From assembly GCA_965232515.1 (NCBI GenBank), contig CBDDPY010000002.1:3904001-3968000 (forward strand): DNA of 64,000 nucleotides. Direction: 5' to 3'. Positions 1-12,098 of this stretch are shown here, piece by piece. Origin of the DNA: Alphaproteobacteria bacterium. GTDB lineage: Bacteria > Pseudomonadota > Alphaproteobacteria > GCA-2731375. Below the pieces are notes generated by a model that did no database searches, was not told where the DNA came from, and worked only from the letters and a program-made list of their open reading frames with translations. Position 1 is the stretch's first letter. Each line of letters begins with the position of its first letter. Both the position numbers and the translations under genes were made by a program.

Positions 1-283
1 TATCGACATCTTCGGAAGCGGTTTCCTCGGCGTCGTCGTCCCCATCGTCGAGCAGGAGATCTTCCTCCTGCTCCGCGGCGTCGTCATCGGGCTCGGCGAC
101 GACGACTGGCTTGGCGGCCGGTTTCGGTTTGGCTTCGGTGCGTGACCGGCGCGACTTGACCGCCGGTTCCGGCTCGACGGTGGCGCCGCAGCTCGGACAA
201 ACGATCGGATCGCGCTGAAAGTCGTAGAACACCGTCGCGCAACTCTGGCAGGTTCGTTTGCTGCCCCATTCTGGCTTGGCCAC
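1..283 (-). CDS. FYDLN-acid domain (TIGR02300-like) zinc-ribbon protein, runs off the window start
   Basis: Manual translation from GTG at 283 (purine-rich RBS upstream): MAKPEWGSKRTCQSCATVFYDFQRDPIVCPSCGA, then an acidic tail. Not in the ORF track. Divergent from aroA, as is usual in Alphaproteobacteria. Confidence 0.85.
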   Translation of the reverse strand, partial: MAKPEWGSKRTCQSCATVFYDFQRDPIVCPSCGATVEPEPAVKSRRSRTEAKPKPAAKPVVVAEPDDDAAEQEEDLLLDDGDDDAEETASEDVD

Positions 284-455
284 GTTATCCCTTCCCCGTC
301 AAAGGTGCCTGTGCCTGAACGGCGCGCAATTGCCATGGCTTTTCGGTCCTGTCAAATGGAATTGCGCGGAAATCTCGGCGATCGACAATTGGCGGGCGCG
401 GGCCGGCTATGATAGGGAACCGCAACGCCAATTCCTTTTCCGGCAAAACAACCCG

Positions 456-1790
456 ATGCCCGCCCTGATCTCGTCGCCCGCTTCCTCGTTTGCCGGCACC
501 ATTACCGTGCCCGGCGACAAGTCGATCTCGCATCGCGCGCTGATGCTGGGCGGGCTGACCGTCGGCACGACCCGCGTTCACGGTCTGCTGGAGGGCGAGG
601 ACGTGCTTTGCACCGCCCAGGCGATGCGCGCTTACGGCGCCAGGATCGTGCGCGGCGATGACGACGTCTGGCAAATTGACGGCGTCGGGGTCGGTGGTCT
701 CGCCGAGCCGGAGGACGTGATCGACCTCGGCAATTCCGGCACCGGCGCCAGGTTGCTGATCGGCCTCGCCGCCAGCCATCCGGTGACCAGCATCTTCACC
801 GGTGACGCCTCGCTCAGGCGCCGGCCGATGCGCCGGGTGACCGAGCCGTTGCGGCAGATTGGCGCCGGCTTCGTGGGCCGCGACGGCGACCGGCTGCCGA
901 TTGCCGTGACCGGCGCCGCGAGTCCGATGCCCATCGAATACCGCACGCCGATGGCGTCGGCCCAGGTGAAGTCGGCCGTTCTGCTGGCCGGTCTCAACGC
1001 ACCGGGTGAAACCGCCGTGATCGAAGCGACGCCGACCCGCGATCACAGCGAGCACCTGCTGCGGCATTTCGGCGCGCAAGTCGCGGTGACCGAGATGCCG
1101 GACGGCGCCCGCCGGATCGCCGTGACCGGCCAACCGGAGTTGACGCCGGCCGAGGTTCGGGTGCCGGGCGATCCGTCGTCGGCGGCCTTCCCGATCGTCG
1201 CCGCCCTGTTGACGCCCGGCGCCGATATCACCATCCGGAACGTCGGTATCAATCCCCTGCGGGCCGGCCTGCTGACCACGCTGCAGGAAATGGGCGGCGA
1301 CATCGAGCTGACGAACCGGCGCGAGCAGCAGTTCGAGCCCGTCGCCGATATCCGGGTCAAGGGCAGCGAGCTCAGCGCCATCGCCGTGCCGCCGGAGCGG
1401 GCGGCCTCGATGATCGACGAATATCCGGTGCTGGCCGTGGCCGCGGCCGCCGCTGCCGGCAAGACCGAGCTGCGCGGCCTGGCCGAGCTGCGCGTCAAGG
1501 AGAGTGACCGGATCGCGGCCGTGGCGACGGGACTGTCCGCGCTCGGCGTGCCGTTGCAGGAACTGGAGGATGGCCTGATCATCGAGGGCAGCGGCAGCCG
1601 GCCGCCATCCGGCAATCAGCAGGTCACCGTGGCCACCGAGATGGACCACCGCATCGCCATGTCGTTCCTGGTCTACGGCATGGCCGCGCGCACATCGGTC
1701 GGCATCGACGATGCCGGCGTGATCGACACCAGCTTTCCCGGCTTCGTCGGCCTGATGAACATGCTCGGCGCCCGCATATCCACGCCATGA
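456..1790 (+). CDS. aroA: 3-phosphoshikimate 1-carboxyvinyltransferase (EPSP synthase, class II)
   Basis: PGDKSISHR, SAQVKSA, LRVKESDRI and DHRIAM motifs; start trimmed to ATG 456. Confidence 0.97.
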   Translation: MPALISSPASSFAGTITVPGDKSISHRALMLGGLTVGTTRVHGLLEGEDVLCTAQAMRAYGARIVRGDDDVWQIDGVGVGGLAEPEDVIDLGNSGTGARLLIGLAASHPVTSIFTGDASLRRRPMRRVTEPLRQIGAGFVGRDGDRLPIAVTGAASPMPIEYRTPMASAQVKSAVLLAGLNAPGETAVIEATPTRDHSEHLLRHFGAQVAVTEMPDGARRIAVTGQPELTPAEVRVPGDPSSAAFPIVAALLTPGADITIRNVGINPLRAGLLTTLQEMGGDIELTNRREQQFEPVADIRVKGSELSAIAVPPERAASMIDEYPVLAVAAAAAAGKTELRGLAELRVKESDRIAAVATGLSALGVPLQELEDGLIIEGSGSRPPSGNQQVTVATEMDHRIAMSFLVYGMAARTSVGIDDAGVIDTSFPGFVGLMNMLGARISTP

Positions 1791-2428
1791 TTATCACCGT
1801 CGACGGGCCGGTCGCGGCCGGCAAGGGCACGCTGGCGCGCCGCCTGGCCGAGCGCTTCGGCTACGGCTATCTGGATACCGGCAGCATCTATCGGGCCGTG
1901 GCCCTGCGCCTGCTCAGGGCGGATACGGACCTGGACGATACCGATGCCGCCGTTGCCGCGGCCAGATCCCTCGACGAGTCCGACCTGGCCGATCCGGCCC
2001 TGCGCGACGAGGCCACCGGCGACGCCGCCAGCCACATCGCCGCGCAGCCCGCCGTCCGGGCGGCCCTGCTGGCGTTCCAGCGCGCCTTCGCCGCCAATCC
2101 GCCGGCCGGCAAGGCCGGCGCCGTGCTCGATGGCCGCGATATCGGCACCGTGGTCTGCCCGCGGGCCGACGTGAAACTGTTCGTCACCGCCAGCGCCGAA
2201 GCCAGGGCCGAACGCCGCCATGCCGAGCTGCGCCAGCGTGGCGTCGAGGTCAGCTATAACGAGGTGCTGGGCGACCTGCGCCGGCGCGACGCCCGCGACA
2301 GCGAACGCGGCGTTTCGCCTCTGCGTCCGGCCGACGACGCCCACTTGCTCGACACCACGAATTTGTCTATAGAAGCGGCCTTTAAGGCGGCTTGCGACAT
2401 CGTGGCTGGCAAACAAGCCTCGACATAG
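1787..2428 (+). CDS. cmk: Cytidylate kinase
   Basis: DGPVAAGKGT P-loop, YLDTG, DGRDIGTVV; ATGA overlap with aroA. Confidence 0.96.
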   Translation: MIITVDGPVAAGKGTLARRLAERFGYGYLDTGSIYRAVALRLLRADTDLDDTDAAVAAARSLDESDLADPALRDEATGDAASHIAAQPAVRAALLAFQRAFAANPPAGKAGAVLDGRDIGTVVCPRADVKLFVTASAEARAERRHAELRQRGVEVSYNEVLGDLRRRDARDSERGVSPLRPADDAHLLDTTNLSIEAAFKAACDIVAGKQAST

Positions 2429-2575
2429 GACGCCGCCGAACGTCAACCCGACAGTCCGGGCCCTCCGAATGACGGTCTCGATCGCCAAAATCGAGGGGCC
2501 GGGTCATGCAACGTTCCAAGACCACCGGAACCAACCGGTTGGCCGGAATACCAACGAAGACTAGGAGACCATTGA

Positions 2576-4402
2576 ATGAGCCAGGCCGACGTCGCCGACA
2601 GCCAGGACGGCACGCCCGATCTTCCGACCTCGACCGAGGATTTCGAGGCGCTGCTCGAAGAAAGTTTCATCGCCCAGGACAACCTTGAGGGCAAGGTCGT
2701 CAAGGGCACCGTCGTCGCCATTGAGAACGACGCCGCGATCATCGATGTGGGCCTGAAAACCGAAGGCCGCATCGCCATGCGCGAGTTCGCCAAGGCCGGC
2801 GAAGACAAGGACCTGAAGGCCGGCGACCAGATCGACGTCTTCCTGGAGCGCATCGAGAACGCGCTCGGGGACGCCGTGCTGAGCCGCGACAAGGCCCGCC
2901 GCGAGGAGGCCTGGAACCACCTCGAAGTGGCCTTCAACAAGAACGAGCGCACCGAGGGCTTCATCGTCGGCCGCGTCAAGGGCGGCTTCACGGTCGACCT
3001 CTCAGGCGCCATCGCCTTCCTGCCCGGCAGCCAGGTGGACATCCGTCCGGTGCGGGACATCACGCCGCTGATGGGCTCGAAGCAGCCGTTCCAGATCCTG
3101 AAGATGGACCGCCGGCGCGGCAACATCGTGGTATCCCGCCGCGCCGTGCTGGAAGAAACCCGCGCCGAGCAGCGCTCGGAGCTCGTCGCCAACCTGACCG
3201 AGGGCCAGGTGCTGGAAGGCGTGGTCAAGAACATCACCGACTACGGCGCCTTCGTCGACCTGGGCGGCGTCGACGGCCTGCTGCACGTCACCGACATGTC
3301 CTGGCGCCGCGTCAACCACCCGACCGAGGTGCTGAGCATCGGCGAAACCGTCAAGGTCCAGGTCATCAAGGTGAACCCGGAGACCCAGCGCATCAGCCTC
3401 GGCATGAAGCAGCTCGAGGCCGACCCCTGGGACGGCGTCGAGGCGAAATACCCGCAGCGGACCAAGTTCCGCGGCCGGGTCACCAACATCACCGACTACG
3501 GCGCCTTCGTCGAGCTGGAGCCGGGCGTCGAGGGTCTGGTGCACGTGTCCGAGATGAGCTGGACCAAGAAAAACGTGCATCCCGGCAAGATCGTTTCGAC
3601 CAGCCAGGAGGTCGAGGTCATGGTGCTGGAGGTCGACCCCGACAAGCGCCGCATCAGCCTTGGCCTCAAGCAGTGCCTGGACAACCCGTGGGAGAGCTTC
3701 GCCGCCACGCATCCGGCCGGCAACACGGTCGAGGGCGAGGTCAAGAACATCACCGAGTTCGGCCTGTTCGTCGGCCTCGATTTCGACCTCGACGGCATGG
3801 TGCATATGTCCGACATCTCCTGGGAGCGCTCGGGCGAAGACGCCATCGCCGAGTTCAAGAAGGGCGATGTGGTCAAGGCCAAGGTGCTCGACATCGACAC
3901 CGAGAAAGAGCGCATTAGCCTCGGCATCAAGCAGCTCGGCGACGATCCGTTCGGCGCCGCCGATACGCTCAAGCGCGGCGATATCGTCACCTGCACGGTG
4001 GCCAATATCCTCGACAACGGCATCGAGGTGTCGGTCGCCGACGGCCTGCGCGGCTTCATCCGCAAGGCCGAGCTGGCGCGCGACCGGTCCGAGCAGAAGC
4101 CGGAGCGCTTCGCGGTCGGCGACAAGATCGACGCCCGGATCAGCAGCATCGACCGCGCCAAGCGCAGCATCACGCTGTCGATCAAGGCGCGCGAGATCGC
4201 CGAGGAGAAGGAGGCCGTCGAGCAGTACGGCTCGTCCGACTCCGGCGCCAGCCTGGGCGACATCCTGGGCGCCGCGATCAGCCGCGCCCGTCAGCAGGCC
4301 AGCGACAAGGCCGAAGCCGAAGCCAGCGGCGATGGCGACAGCGATGGCGATGGCGACAGCGATGGCGACGACGACGCGGAGAGCAAGAAGGACGACGCCT
4401 GA
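2576..4402 (+). CDS. rpsA: 30S ribosomal protein S1
   Basis: Repeated S1 domains (NITDYGAFV...LLHV); follows cmk; AGGAG RBS. Confidence 0.98.
   Translation: MSQADVADSQDGTPDLPTSTEDFEALLEESFIAQDNLEGKVVKGTVVAIENDAAIIDVGLKTEGRIAMREFAKAGEDKDLKAGDQIDVFLERIENALGDAVLSRDKARREEAWNHLEVAFNKNERTEGFIVGRVKGGFTVDLSGAIAFLPGSQVDIRPVRDITPLMGSKQPFQILKMDRRRGNIVVSRRAVLEETRAEQRSELVANLTEGQVLEGVVKNITDYGAFVDLGGVDGLLHVTDMSWRRVNHPTEVLSIGETVKVQVIKVNPETQRISLGMKQLEADPWDGVEAKYPQRTKFRGRVTNITDYGAFVELEPGVEGLVHVSEMSWTKKNVHPGKIVSTSQEVEVMVLEVDPDKRRISLGLKQCLDNPWESFAATHPAGNTVEGEVKNITEFGLFVGLDFDLDGMVHMSDISWERSGEDAIAEFKKGDVVKAKVLDIDTEKERISLGIKQLGDDPFGAADTLKRGDIVTCTVANILDNGIEVSVADGLRGFIRKAELARDRSEQKPERFAVGDKIDARISSIDRAKRSITLSIKAREIAEEKEAVEQYGSSDSGASLGDILGAAISRARQQASDKAEAEASGDGDSDGDGDSDGDDDAESKKDDA
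4328..4368 (+). repeat. 18-bp tandem repeat (2.3 copies) encoding GDGDSD in the RpsA tail
   Basis: ggcgatggcgacagcgat at 4328 and 4346. Confidence 0.85.
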
Positions 4403-4451
4403 TTGCGGTCGCTCGATATCGGGGCCCGCGGCTTAAGGCGCGGTTGACGGT

Positions 4452-5354
4452 ATGTCGCTCGATTCCGACAATCTGCTTGACCGACGTCGACTGAAGCGGC
4501 GGCTCGTCGTTTGGCGGGTCGTCGCGATCGTCGCCGTCGTGGCCTTGATCGGCGTTGTTCTCAGCGAGCTGTTTCCGCCGAGCGAGCGTCATGTGGCGCG
4601 GCTGAACGTCGACGGCATCATTGTCGAGGACCGTGACCGCGAGGAAGCGCTCGACAAGATCGCCAGGGACGACACGACGGCGGCGCTGATCGTCCGCATC
4701 AACAGTCCGGGCGGCACCACCACCGGCAGCGAGGAGCTCTACCACGCGCTCCGCCGCGTGGCGGCGGACAAGCCGGTGGTCGCCGTGCTCGGCACCGTCG
4801 CCGCGTCGGGTGGCTACATCGCCGCCATCGGGGCCGACCATATCGTCGCGCGCGAGACCTCGCTGACCGGCTCGATCGGCGTGCTGATGCAGACCGCCGA
4901 GTTCACCGGGTTGATGGAGAAGCTCGGCATCGTGCCGCACTCGCTCAAAAGCAAGCCGCTGAAGGGCCAGCCATCGCCCCTGGAACCGCTCAGCGGCGAG
5001 GCGCGGGCGGCAATCCAGACCACCATCGACGACAGCTATCAATGGTTTTCGGAGCTGGTCGCCGCGCGGCGCAATCTCGACAGCAGCCAGACCGCCGCCG
5101 TCGCCGACGGTCGCATCTTCACCGGCCGTCAGGCGCGGGATAACCGTCTCGTCGACGCGATCGGCGGCGAGCGGGCAGCGCGCGATTGGCTGGAAGCCGA
5201 ACATTCGCTGCCGAAATCGCTTCCGGTGATCGATCTGCAGTACGGCGAGGAAGCCTCGCTGAGCCGTCGGCTGGTTATGTCGCTGGCCGGAAAAGTGTTG
5301 TCATCTGAAGTACTTATGCTTGACGGCCTGCTATCGGTTTGGCACGCTGAGTAA
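4452..5354 (+). CDS. sppA: Signal peptide peptidase SppA (S49, short form)
   Basis: N-terminal TM helix, INSPGG, AASGGY, TGSIGV, DGRIFTG. Confidence 0.93.
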   Translation: MSLDSDNLLDRRRLKRRLVVWRVVAIVAVVALIGVVLSELFPPSERHVARLNVDGIIVEDRDREEALDKIARDDTTAALIVRINSPGGTTTGSEELYHALRRVAADKPVVAVLGTVAASGGYIAAIGADHIVARETSLTGSIGVLMQTAEFTGLMEKLGIVPHSLKSKPLKGQPSPLEPLSGEARAAIQTTIDDSYQWFSELVAARRNLDSSQTAAVADGRIFTGRQARDNRLVDAIGGERAARDWLEAEHSLPKSLPVIDLQYGEEASLSRRLVMSLAGKVLSSEVLMLDGLLSVWHAE

Positions 5355-5441
5355 AGGTTGCGATGTCCGAGCCGGGTCGCGCCGGGCATCGATTTCGACC
5401 ATATCAGCAACCATGCAGGCGCAAGCCGGGGCCGACGTTTC

Positions 5442-5732
5442 ATGATCAAGTCCGAGTTGATTGCGCGCCTCGCGGAGGCCAATCCGCATCTCTATCAGCG
5501 CGACGTGGAACGCATTGTCACGACCATCTTCGATGAGATCACCGCCGCGCTTTGCCGCGGCGATCGGGTTGAGCTGCGCGGCTTCGGCGCCTTCTCGGTC
5601 AAGCGGCGCCCCGCCCGGGTCGGCCGCAATCCGCGCACCGGCGAAGCGGTGCAGGTCGCCGAGAAGCACGTGCCGTTCTTCAAGACCGGCAAGGAACTGC
5701 GCGAACGACTGAACGGCAGCGGCGAGTCCTGA
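5442..5732 (+). CDS. ihfB: Integration host factor subunit beta
   Basis: [33 protein letters not shown]; start trimmed to ATG 5442. Confidence 0.96.
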   Translation: MIKSELIARLAEANPHLYQRDVERIVTTIFDEITAALCRGDRVELRGFGAFSVKRRPARVGRNPRTGEAVQVAEKHVPFFKTGKELRERLNGSGES

Positions 5733-5763
5733 TCCGACAACCGAAAGGTCGCGATCCATCATC

Positions 5764-6126
5764 ATGGCGCAGCGCAAGTCGAGAATCGTCAAGCTCATTT
5801 TCTGGATCGTCCTGCTGCCGATCGCGGTCGTGCTGATCGCGTTCGCGATCGCCAATCGCGCGCCGGTCACGGTGCGGTTCGATCCGCTGCCGTTCGCCAT
5901 CGACATGCCGCTCTATGCCGTCGGCCTAATCGGCATCTTCGTTGGATTGGTGTCCGGCGGCATCATGACCTGGCTGCGCGGCGGCCGCTGGCGCAAGCTG
6001 GCCCGCGAGCGCCAGCACGACAAGGCGCAGCTGGAGCGCGAGCTGGCCCCGCACCGCGCACAAACCAGCCCGGCCGGGACGCCGCTGCCGACATCGACGT
6101 CGACGGACATCACCCGCGCGGCCTGA
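5764..6126 (+). CDS. LapA-family (DUF1049-like) membrane protein
   Basis: Two TM helices with FAIANR motif, directly after ihfB. Confidence 0.75.
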   Translation: MAQRKSRIVKLIFWIVLLPIAVVLIAFAIANRAPVTVRFDPLPFAIDMPLYAVGLIGIFVGLVSGGIMTWLRGGRWRKLARERQHDKAQLERELAPHRAQTSPAGTPLPTSTSTDITRAA

Positions 6127-6145
6127 CGGTTCCGGCCAAGACGAC

Positions 6146-7093
6146 ATGATCATTGCCTCAGCTGAACAGGTCGACACGGCGCTCGGCTACGCCGAACTGG
6201 TGGCGCACCTGCGCCAAGCCTTCGTCAAAGGCTGCGAGGCGCCGCTGCGCCATCACCATACCCTCCAGAATCCAAATGGTCCGGACACCATCCTGTTGCT
6301 GATGCCGGCCTGGCGCCCGGGCGGCGCCGCCGGGGTCAAGATCGTTAGCGTGGCGCCCGGCAACGCCGATCTCAACCTGCCGTCCGTGCTCGGCGCCTAT
6401 GTGCTGCTCGACGGCGTCACCGGCCAGGTCAAGGCGCAGATCGACGGGCCGCGCCTGACGCTGCGACGCACGGCCTGCGCCTCGGCTCTCGCCGCCAGCT
6501 ATCTCGCCCGAGCCGACGCCAGCCGCATGCTGATGGTCGGCGCCGGCGCGCTGGCGCCGCATCTGATCGGCGCCCATGCGGCCGTCCGGCCGATCCAGGA
6601 GGTGACGATCTGGAATCGCCGACGCGAGCGGGCCGAGGGACTTGCCGCCCGCCTCGCCGGCAATGGCCTGGCCGTGCGAGCGACGACCGACCTGGAGGCA
6701 GCAGCCCGGCAGGCCGACCTGATCTCCTGCGCCACCAACGCCACCGCGCCGCTGATCCATGGCGCCTGGCTGAAGCCCGGCGCCCATCTCGACCTGATCG
6801 GCGCCTTCACGGCCGAGATGCGCGAGAGCGACGACGAGGCCGTGCGCCGGGCCCGGGTCTTCGTCGACACCCGCGACGGCGCCCTCTCCGAGGGCGGCGA
6901 CATCATTCAGGCCATCGCCGGCGGCGCCATGACGGCGGACGACATCCAGGCCGACCTGTTCGACCTCTGCCGCGGCGATCATGCCGGCCGTGGCGGCGAC
7001 GACGAGATCACGCTGTTCAAGTCCGTCGGCACCGCGCTGGAAGACCTGGCCGCGGCCGAGCTGGTGGTCGAGAAGCTGACGGCCGGCCGCTGA
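6146..7093 (+). CDS. Ornithine cyclodeaminase / mu-crystallin family protein
   Basis: LLMPAW, GVKIVSV, RRTACASA, FKSVGTALEDL. Confidence 0.9.
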   Translation: MIIASAEQVDTALGYAELVAHLRQAFVKGCEAPLRHHHTLQNPNGPDTILLLMPAWRPGGAAGVKIVSVAPGNADLNLPSVLGAYVLLDGVTGQVKAQIDGPRLTLRRTACASALAASYLARADASRMLMVGAGALAPHLIGAHAAVRPIQEVTIWNRRRERAEGLAARLAGNGLAVRATTDLEAAARQADLISCATNATAPLIHGAWLKPGAHLDLIGAFTAEMRESDDEAVRRARVFVDTRDGALSEGGDIIQAIAGGAMTADDIQADLFDLCRGDHAGRGGDDEITLFKSVGTALEDLAAAELVVEKLTAGR

Positions 7094-7124
7094 CGCCGCC
7101 GGATCTGCTATAACCGGCGTTGAC

Positions 7125-7772
7125 ATGACGATTGCAGCGAAAATCTGCGGCTTGAGCGATACCCAGGGTCTGCGCGCCGCCATCGAGGCCGGCGCGGCGC
7201 TTGTCGGCTTCGTGTTCTATCCGCCGTCGCCGCGCGCGGTGACGCCGGCCCAGGCCAAGGCCTTGGCCGCCGAGGTGCCGGCCGGCGTCCAGAAAGTCGG
7301 CCTGTTCGTCGATCCGGACGACGCCCTGCTGGACGAGGTGCTGGCCGCCGTGCCGCTGGACCTGCTGCAACTGCATGGGCAGGAGACGCCGGAACGCGTC
7401 GCCGAGATCGCGAAACGCACCGGCGTGCCGGTGATGAAGGTCATCAAGGTCGCCGAGCGCGCCGATATCGAGGCCGCGCACGCCTACGAGGACGTCGCCG
7501 ACCGCCTGCTGTTCGACGCCAAGGCGCCGAAGACCATGGCCGACGCGCTGCCCGGCGGCAACGGTCTGGTGTTCGATTGGAACCTGCTCGGCGGCAAAAG
7601 CTGGCGGCGGCCCTGGATGCTGTCGGGCGGCCTCGACGCCGGCAACGTGGCCGACGCCGTTCGCATCAGCGGCGCGCCGGCGGTCGACGTGTCATCGGGG
7701 GTCGAAACCGCGCCCGGCGCCAAGGATCCGGCCGCGATCAAAGCTTTTCTTGACGCCGTCAAGGCCCTCTGA
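7125..7772 (+). CDS. trpF: Phosphoribosylanthranilate isomerase
   Basis: KICGL, QLHGQE, LSGGL, VDVSSGVE. Confidence 0.96.
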   Translation: MTIAAKICGLSDTQGLRAAIEAGAALVGFVFYPPSPRAVTPAQAKALAAEVPAGVQKVGLFVDPDDALLDEVLAAVPLDLLQLHGQETPERVAEIAKRTGVPVMKVIKVAERADIEAAHAYEDVADRLLFDAKAPKTMADALPGGNGLVFDWNLLGGKSWRRPWMLSGGLDAGNVADAVRISGAPAVDVSSGVETAPGAKDPAAIKAFLDAVKAL

Positions 7773-7787
7773 CAGAACCCGGGGGCC

Positions 7788-8995
<1,208 letters not shown>

Positions 8996-8999
<4 letters not shown>

Positions 9000-9820
9000 G
9001 CGGCGGCACGGCGCGGATCGACCGGCGTTTCACCGACCTGCGCGCCGCCGGACGGGCGGGCCTCGTCGCATACGTGATGGCCGGCGACCCGGACATCGAG
9101 ACCAGCGCGCGTATCTTCGCGGGCCTGCCGGCCGCGGGCGCCGACCTCATCGAGCTCGGCATGGCCTTCACCGATCCCATGGCGGACGGCCCGTCGGTTC
9201 AGGCCGCCGGCCTGCGCGCGCTCGAGGCCGGCATCAGCCTGCGCAAGACACTGGACATGGTCCGCGCCTTCCGGGCGAACGACGATGACACGCCGGTCGT
9301 GCTGATGGGCTACTACAACCCGATCTACAATTACGGGGTCGATGCGTTCCTGCGGGACGCCGGCGATGCCGGGCTCGACGGCCTGATCATCGTCGACCTG
9401 CCGCCGGAAGAGGATCACGAGCTCTGCCTGCCGACGCTTGCCGCCGGGCTCAGCTTTATCCGCCTGGCGACGCCGACCACAGACGACAAGCGCCTGCCGG
9501 CCGTGCTGACGAACACCAGCGGCTTCGTCTACTACGTCTCCTATACCGGCATCACCGGCGCGCGCAGCCTCGACTCCGACGCCGTCTCGACGGCCGTCAC
9601 CCGGCTCAAGCGGCACACCGACATTCCCGTCGCCGTCGGATTCGGCATCCGCACGCCCGAACAGGCCGCCGCCGTCGCCCGCGTCGCCGACGCCGCCGTG
9701 GTTGGCTCGGCGCTGGTTGAACGGGCCGGCAATGGCGACGGCGACGCCGTGGAGGGTGTGCTGGACCTGGTCCGGTCGCTCGCCGACGGCGTGCGGACGG
9801 CGCGAAACGGTGACGCATAG
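8996..9820 (+). CDS. trpA: Tryptophan synthase alpha chain
   Basis: [24 protein letters not shown]; probable TTG start overlapping the trpB stop (TTGA). Confidence 0.96.
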
Positions 9821-10765
9821 ATGAATTGGCTGACGAACTTCGTGCGCCCGAAAATCCGGGCGCTGGTCCGCAAGAAGGACATTCCAGACAAGCTCTGGCT
9901 GAAATGTCCGAGCTGCGATCAGATGCTGCACCACAAGGAGATCGGCGAAGCACTGCACGTCTGCCAGTATTGCGGCTATCACTTGCGCATCGGCGCGCGC
10001 GAGCGCTTCAAGCAGCTTTTCGACGACGGCGAATTCACTGTCATCGAGTTGCCGGAGGTGCCGGCCGATCCGCTGAAGTTCCGCGATGAGAAGCGCTACA
10101 CCGACCGCCTGAAGGAGAACCGGAACCGCACCGAACAGGACGACGCCGTGCTCGTGGCGCACGGCAGTCTCGGCGGCAAGCCGGCCGTGATCGGCGTGCA
10201 GACGTTCCAGTTCATGGCCGGCTCCATGGGCCTCGCCGCCGGCGAGGCCGTGATCTCGGCGGCCAAGCTGGCGGTCCTGCAGGAAGCGCCGCTGATCGTG
10301 TTCTCCGCCGCCGGCGGCGCCCGCATGCAGGAAGGCATTCTGTCGCTGATGCAGATGCCGCGGACGACCATCGCCGTCGAGATGGTGCGCGAGAAGAACC
10401 TGCCTTTCATCTCGGTGATGACCGACCCGACCACCGGCGGCGTCACCGCCTCTTACGCCATGCTGGGCGACATTGCCATCGCCGAGCCGGGCGCGCTGAT
10501 CGGCTTCGCCGGCCCGCGGGTGATCGAGAACACCATTCGCGAAAGCCTGCCCGAAGGCTTCCAGCGGGCCGAATACCTGCTCGACCACGGCATGCTGGAT
10601 ATGGTGGTGCCGCGCCGCGAGATGCGGGCAACGCTGATCCGTGTCATCGACATGCTGATGAACCCGACGCCGCCCGCGGAAGTCGTGGCGCTGCCGCAGA
10701 CCGATCTGGAGATCCCGGAACCGCAGCCGCCGGCGCCCGCCGATGACTCGAGCCCGCCTGCCTGA
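9821..10765 (+). CDS. accD: Acetyl-CoA carboxylase carboxyltransferase beta
   Basis: C4 zinc finger, [24 protein letters not shown]. Confidence 0.97.
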   Translation: MNWLTNFVRPKIRALVRKKDIPDKLWLKCPSCDQMLHHKEIGEALHVCQYCGYHLRIGARERFKQLFDDGEFTVIELPEVPADPLKFRDEKRYTDRLKENRNRTEQDDAVLVAHGSLGGKPAVIGVQTFQFMAGSMGLAAGEAVISAAKLAVLQEAPLIVFSAAGGARMQEGILSLMQMPRTTIAVEMVREKNLPFISVMTDPTTGGVTASYAMLGDIAIAEPGALIGFAGPRVIENTIRESLPEGFQRAEYLLDHGMLDMVVPRREMRATLIRVIDMLMNPTPPAEVVALPQTDLEIPEPQPPAPADDSSPPA

Positions 10766-12074
10766 TCCGCCCGCCGCCAAGGGCGACGTCATCCTCGAGC
10801 GGCTGACCCGGCTGCACCCCAAGCTGATCGATCTGACGCTCGGCCGCACCGAACGGCTGCTGGCGCGGCTCGGCCATCCCGAACGGCGGCTGCCGCCGGT
10901 CGTGCATATCGCTGGCACCAACGGCAAGGGTTCGACGTTGGCCTTCATGCGGGCTGGCCTCGAGGCCGCGGGCTACCGCGTGCACGTCTACACTTCGCCG
11001 CATCTGGTGCGCTTCAACGAGCGCATCCGGTTGGCAGGCCGGCTGATCGACGACGACGCCCTGATCGACGCGTTGGAACGCGGCGAGCGCGCCAACGACG
11101 GCGAGCCGATCACCTTCTTCGAGATCACCACGGCCGTGGCGTTTCTCGCCTTCGCCGAAACGCCGGCCGACATCCTGCTGCTGGAGACGGGCCTCGGCGG
11201 CACGACCGACTCGACCAATGTCATCGAGCGTCCGCTGCTGACCGCCATCTCGCCGATCTCCTACGACCATCAGCAGTTTCTAGGTAACAGCCTGAGCGAG
11301 ATCGCGGCGAACAAGGCCGGCATCCTGAAGCCGGGCGTCACCGGCATCATCGCCCGCCAGCCGCCGGAAGCGACGCGCGTGATCGAGACCCGCGCGAGCG
11401 AGATCGGCGCGCCGTTGCTGCGGCGCGATACCGACTGGCGGATCGAGACAGTGAACGACGGCCTGCGTTTCGAGATCGATGGCAAGGTCATGGAGCTCCC
11501 GCCGCCGACACTTCCTGGCGTGCATCAGCCGGACAATGCCGGCCTGGCGCTCGCCTGCCTCGCACGCCTCGACGGCTTCGACATCGACGAACGCGCCCTT
11601 GCCGCCGCCGTGACCGGCGTCGACTGGCCGGCGCGCCTGCAACGCCTGACTGCAGGCCCACTCGCCAAAACGCTGCCGGCCGATACCGAGCTGTGGCTGG
11701 ACGGCGGCCACAACCCGGCCGCCGCCGAATTGCTCGCCGACACGCTGTCGCGCTGGCCACCACGGCCGCTGCATCTCGTCGTCGGCATGATGAACAGCAA
11801 GGATTGCCGCAACTATCTCGAACGGCTGACGCCGTTGTCGCCGCGGGTGCACGGCATCGCCATTCCCGGCGAGGCCAACAGCCTCACGGCCGAGGAGATC
11901 GTCGCCGTCGCCCGCGACGTCGGCCTGCCGGCTGCGCCGGCTGCGGACGCGGCGGACGCGCTCTCACGCATCGCCGCCAACACAGCGGACCGGCCCGCGC
12001 GCGTCATGATCTGCGGCTCGCTCTACCTCGCCGGCGCCGTCCTTGGCGCCAGCGAAGCGCTCTATCCGACGTAG
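10743..12074 (+). CDS. folC: Folylpolyglutamate/dihydrofolate synthase
   Basis: [26 protein letters not shown]. Confidence 0.95.
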   Translation: MTRARLPDPPAAKGDVILERLTRLHPKLIDLTLGRTERLLARLGHPERRLPPVVHIAGTNGKGSTLAFMRAGLEAAGYRVHVYTSPHLVRFNERIRLAGRLIDDDALIDALERGERANDGEPITFFEITTAVAFLAFAETPADILLLETGLGGTTDSTNVIERPLLTAISPISYDHQQFLGNSLSEIAANKAGILKPGVTGIIARQPPEATRVIETRASEIGAPLLRRDTDWRIETVNDGLRFEIDGKVMELPPPTLPGVHQPDNAGLALACLARLDGFDIDERALAAAVTGVDWPARLQRLTAGPLAKTLPADTELWLDGGHNPAAAELLADTLSRWPPRPLHLVVGMMNSKDCRNYLERLTPLSPRVHGIAIPGEANSLTAEEIVAVARDVGLPAAPAADAADALSRIAANTADRPARVMICGSLYLAGAVLGASEALYPT

Positions 12075-12098
12075 GCCCCGATCGTCACCAACGCTGTC

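Noticed and set aside
2429-2575. Hairpins in the rpsA leader as a novel ncRNA
   Set aside because: A structured rpsA 5' leader is expected; no evidence for an independent RNA
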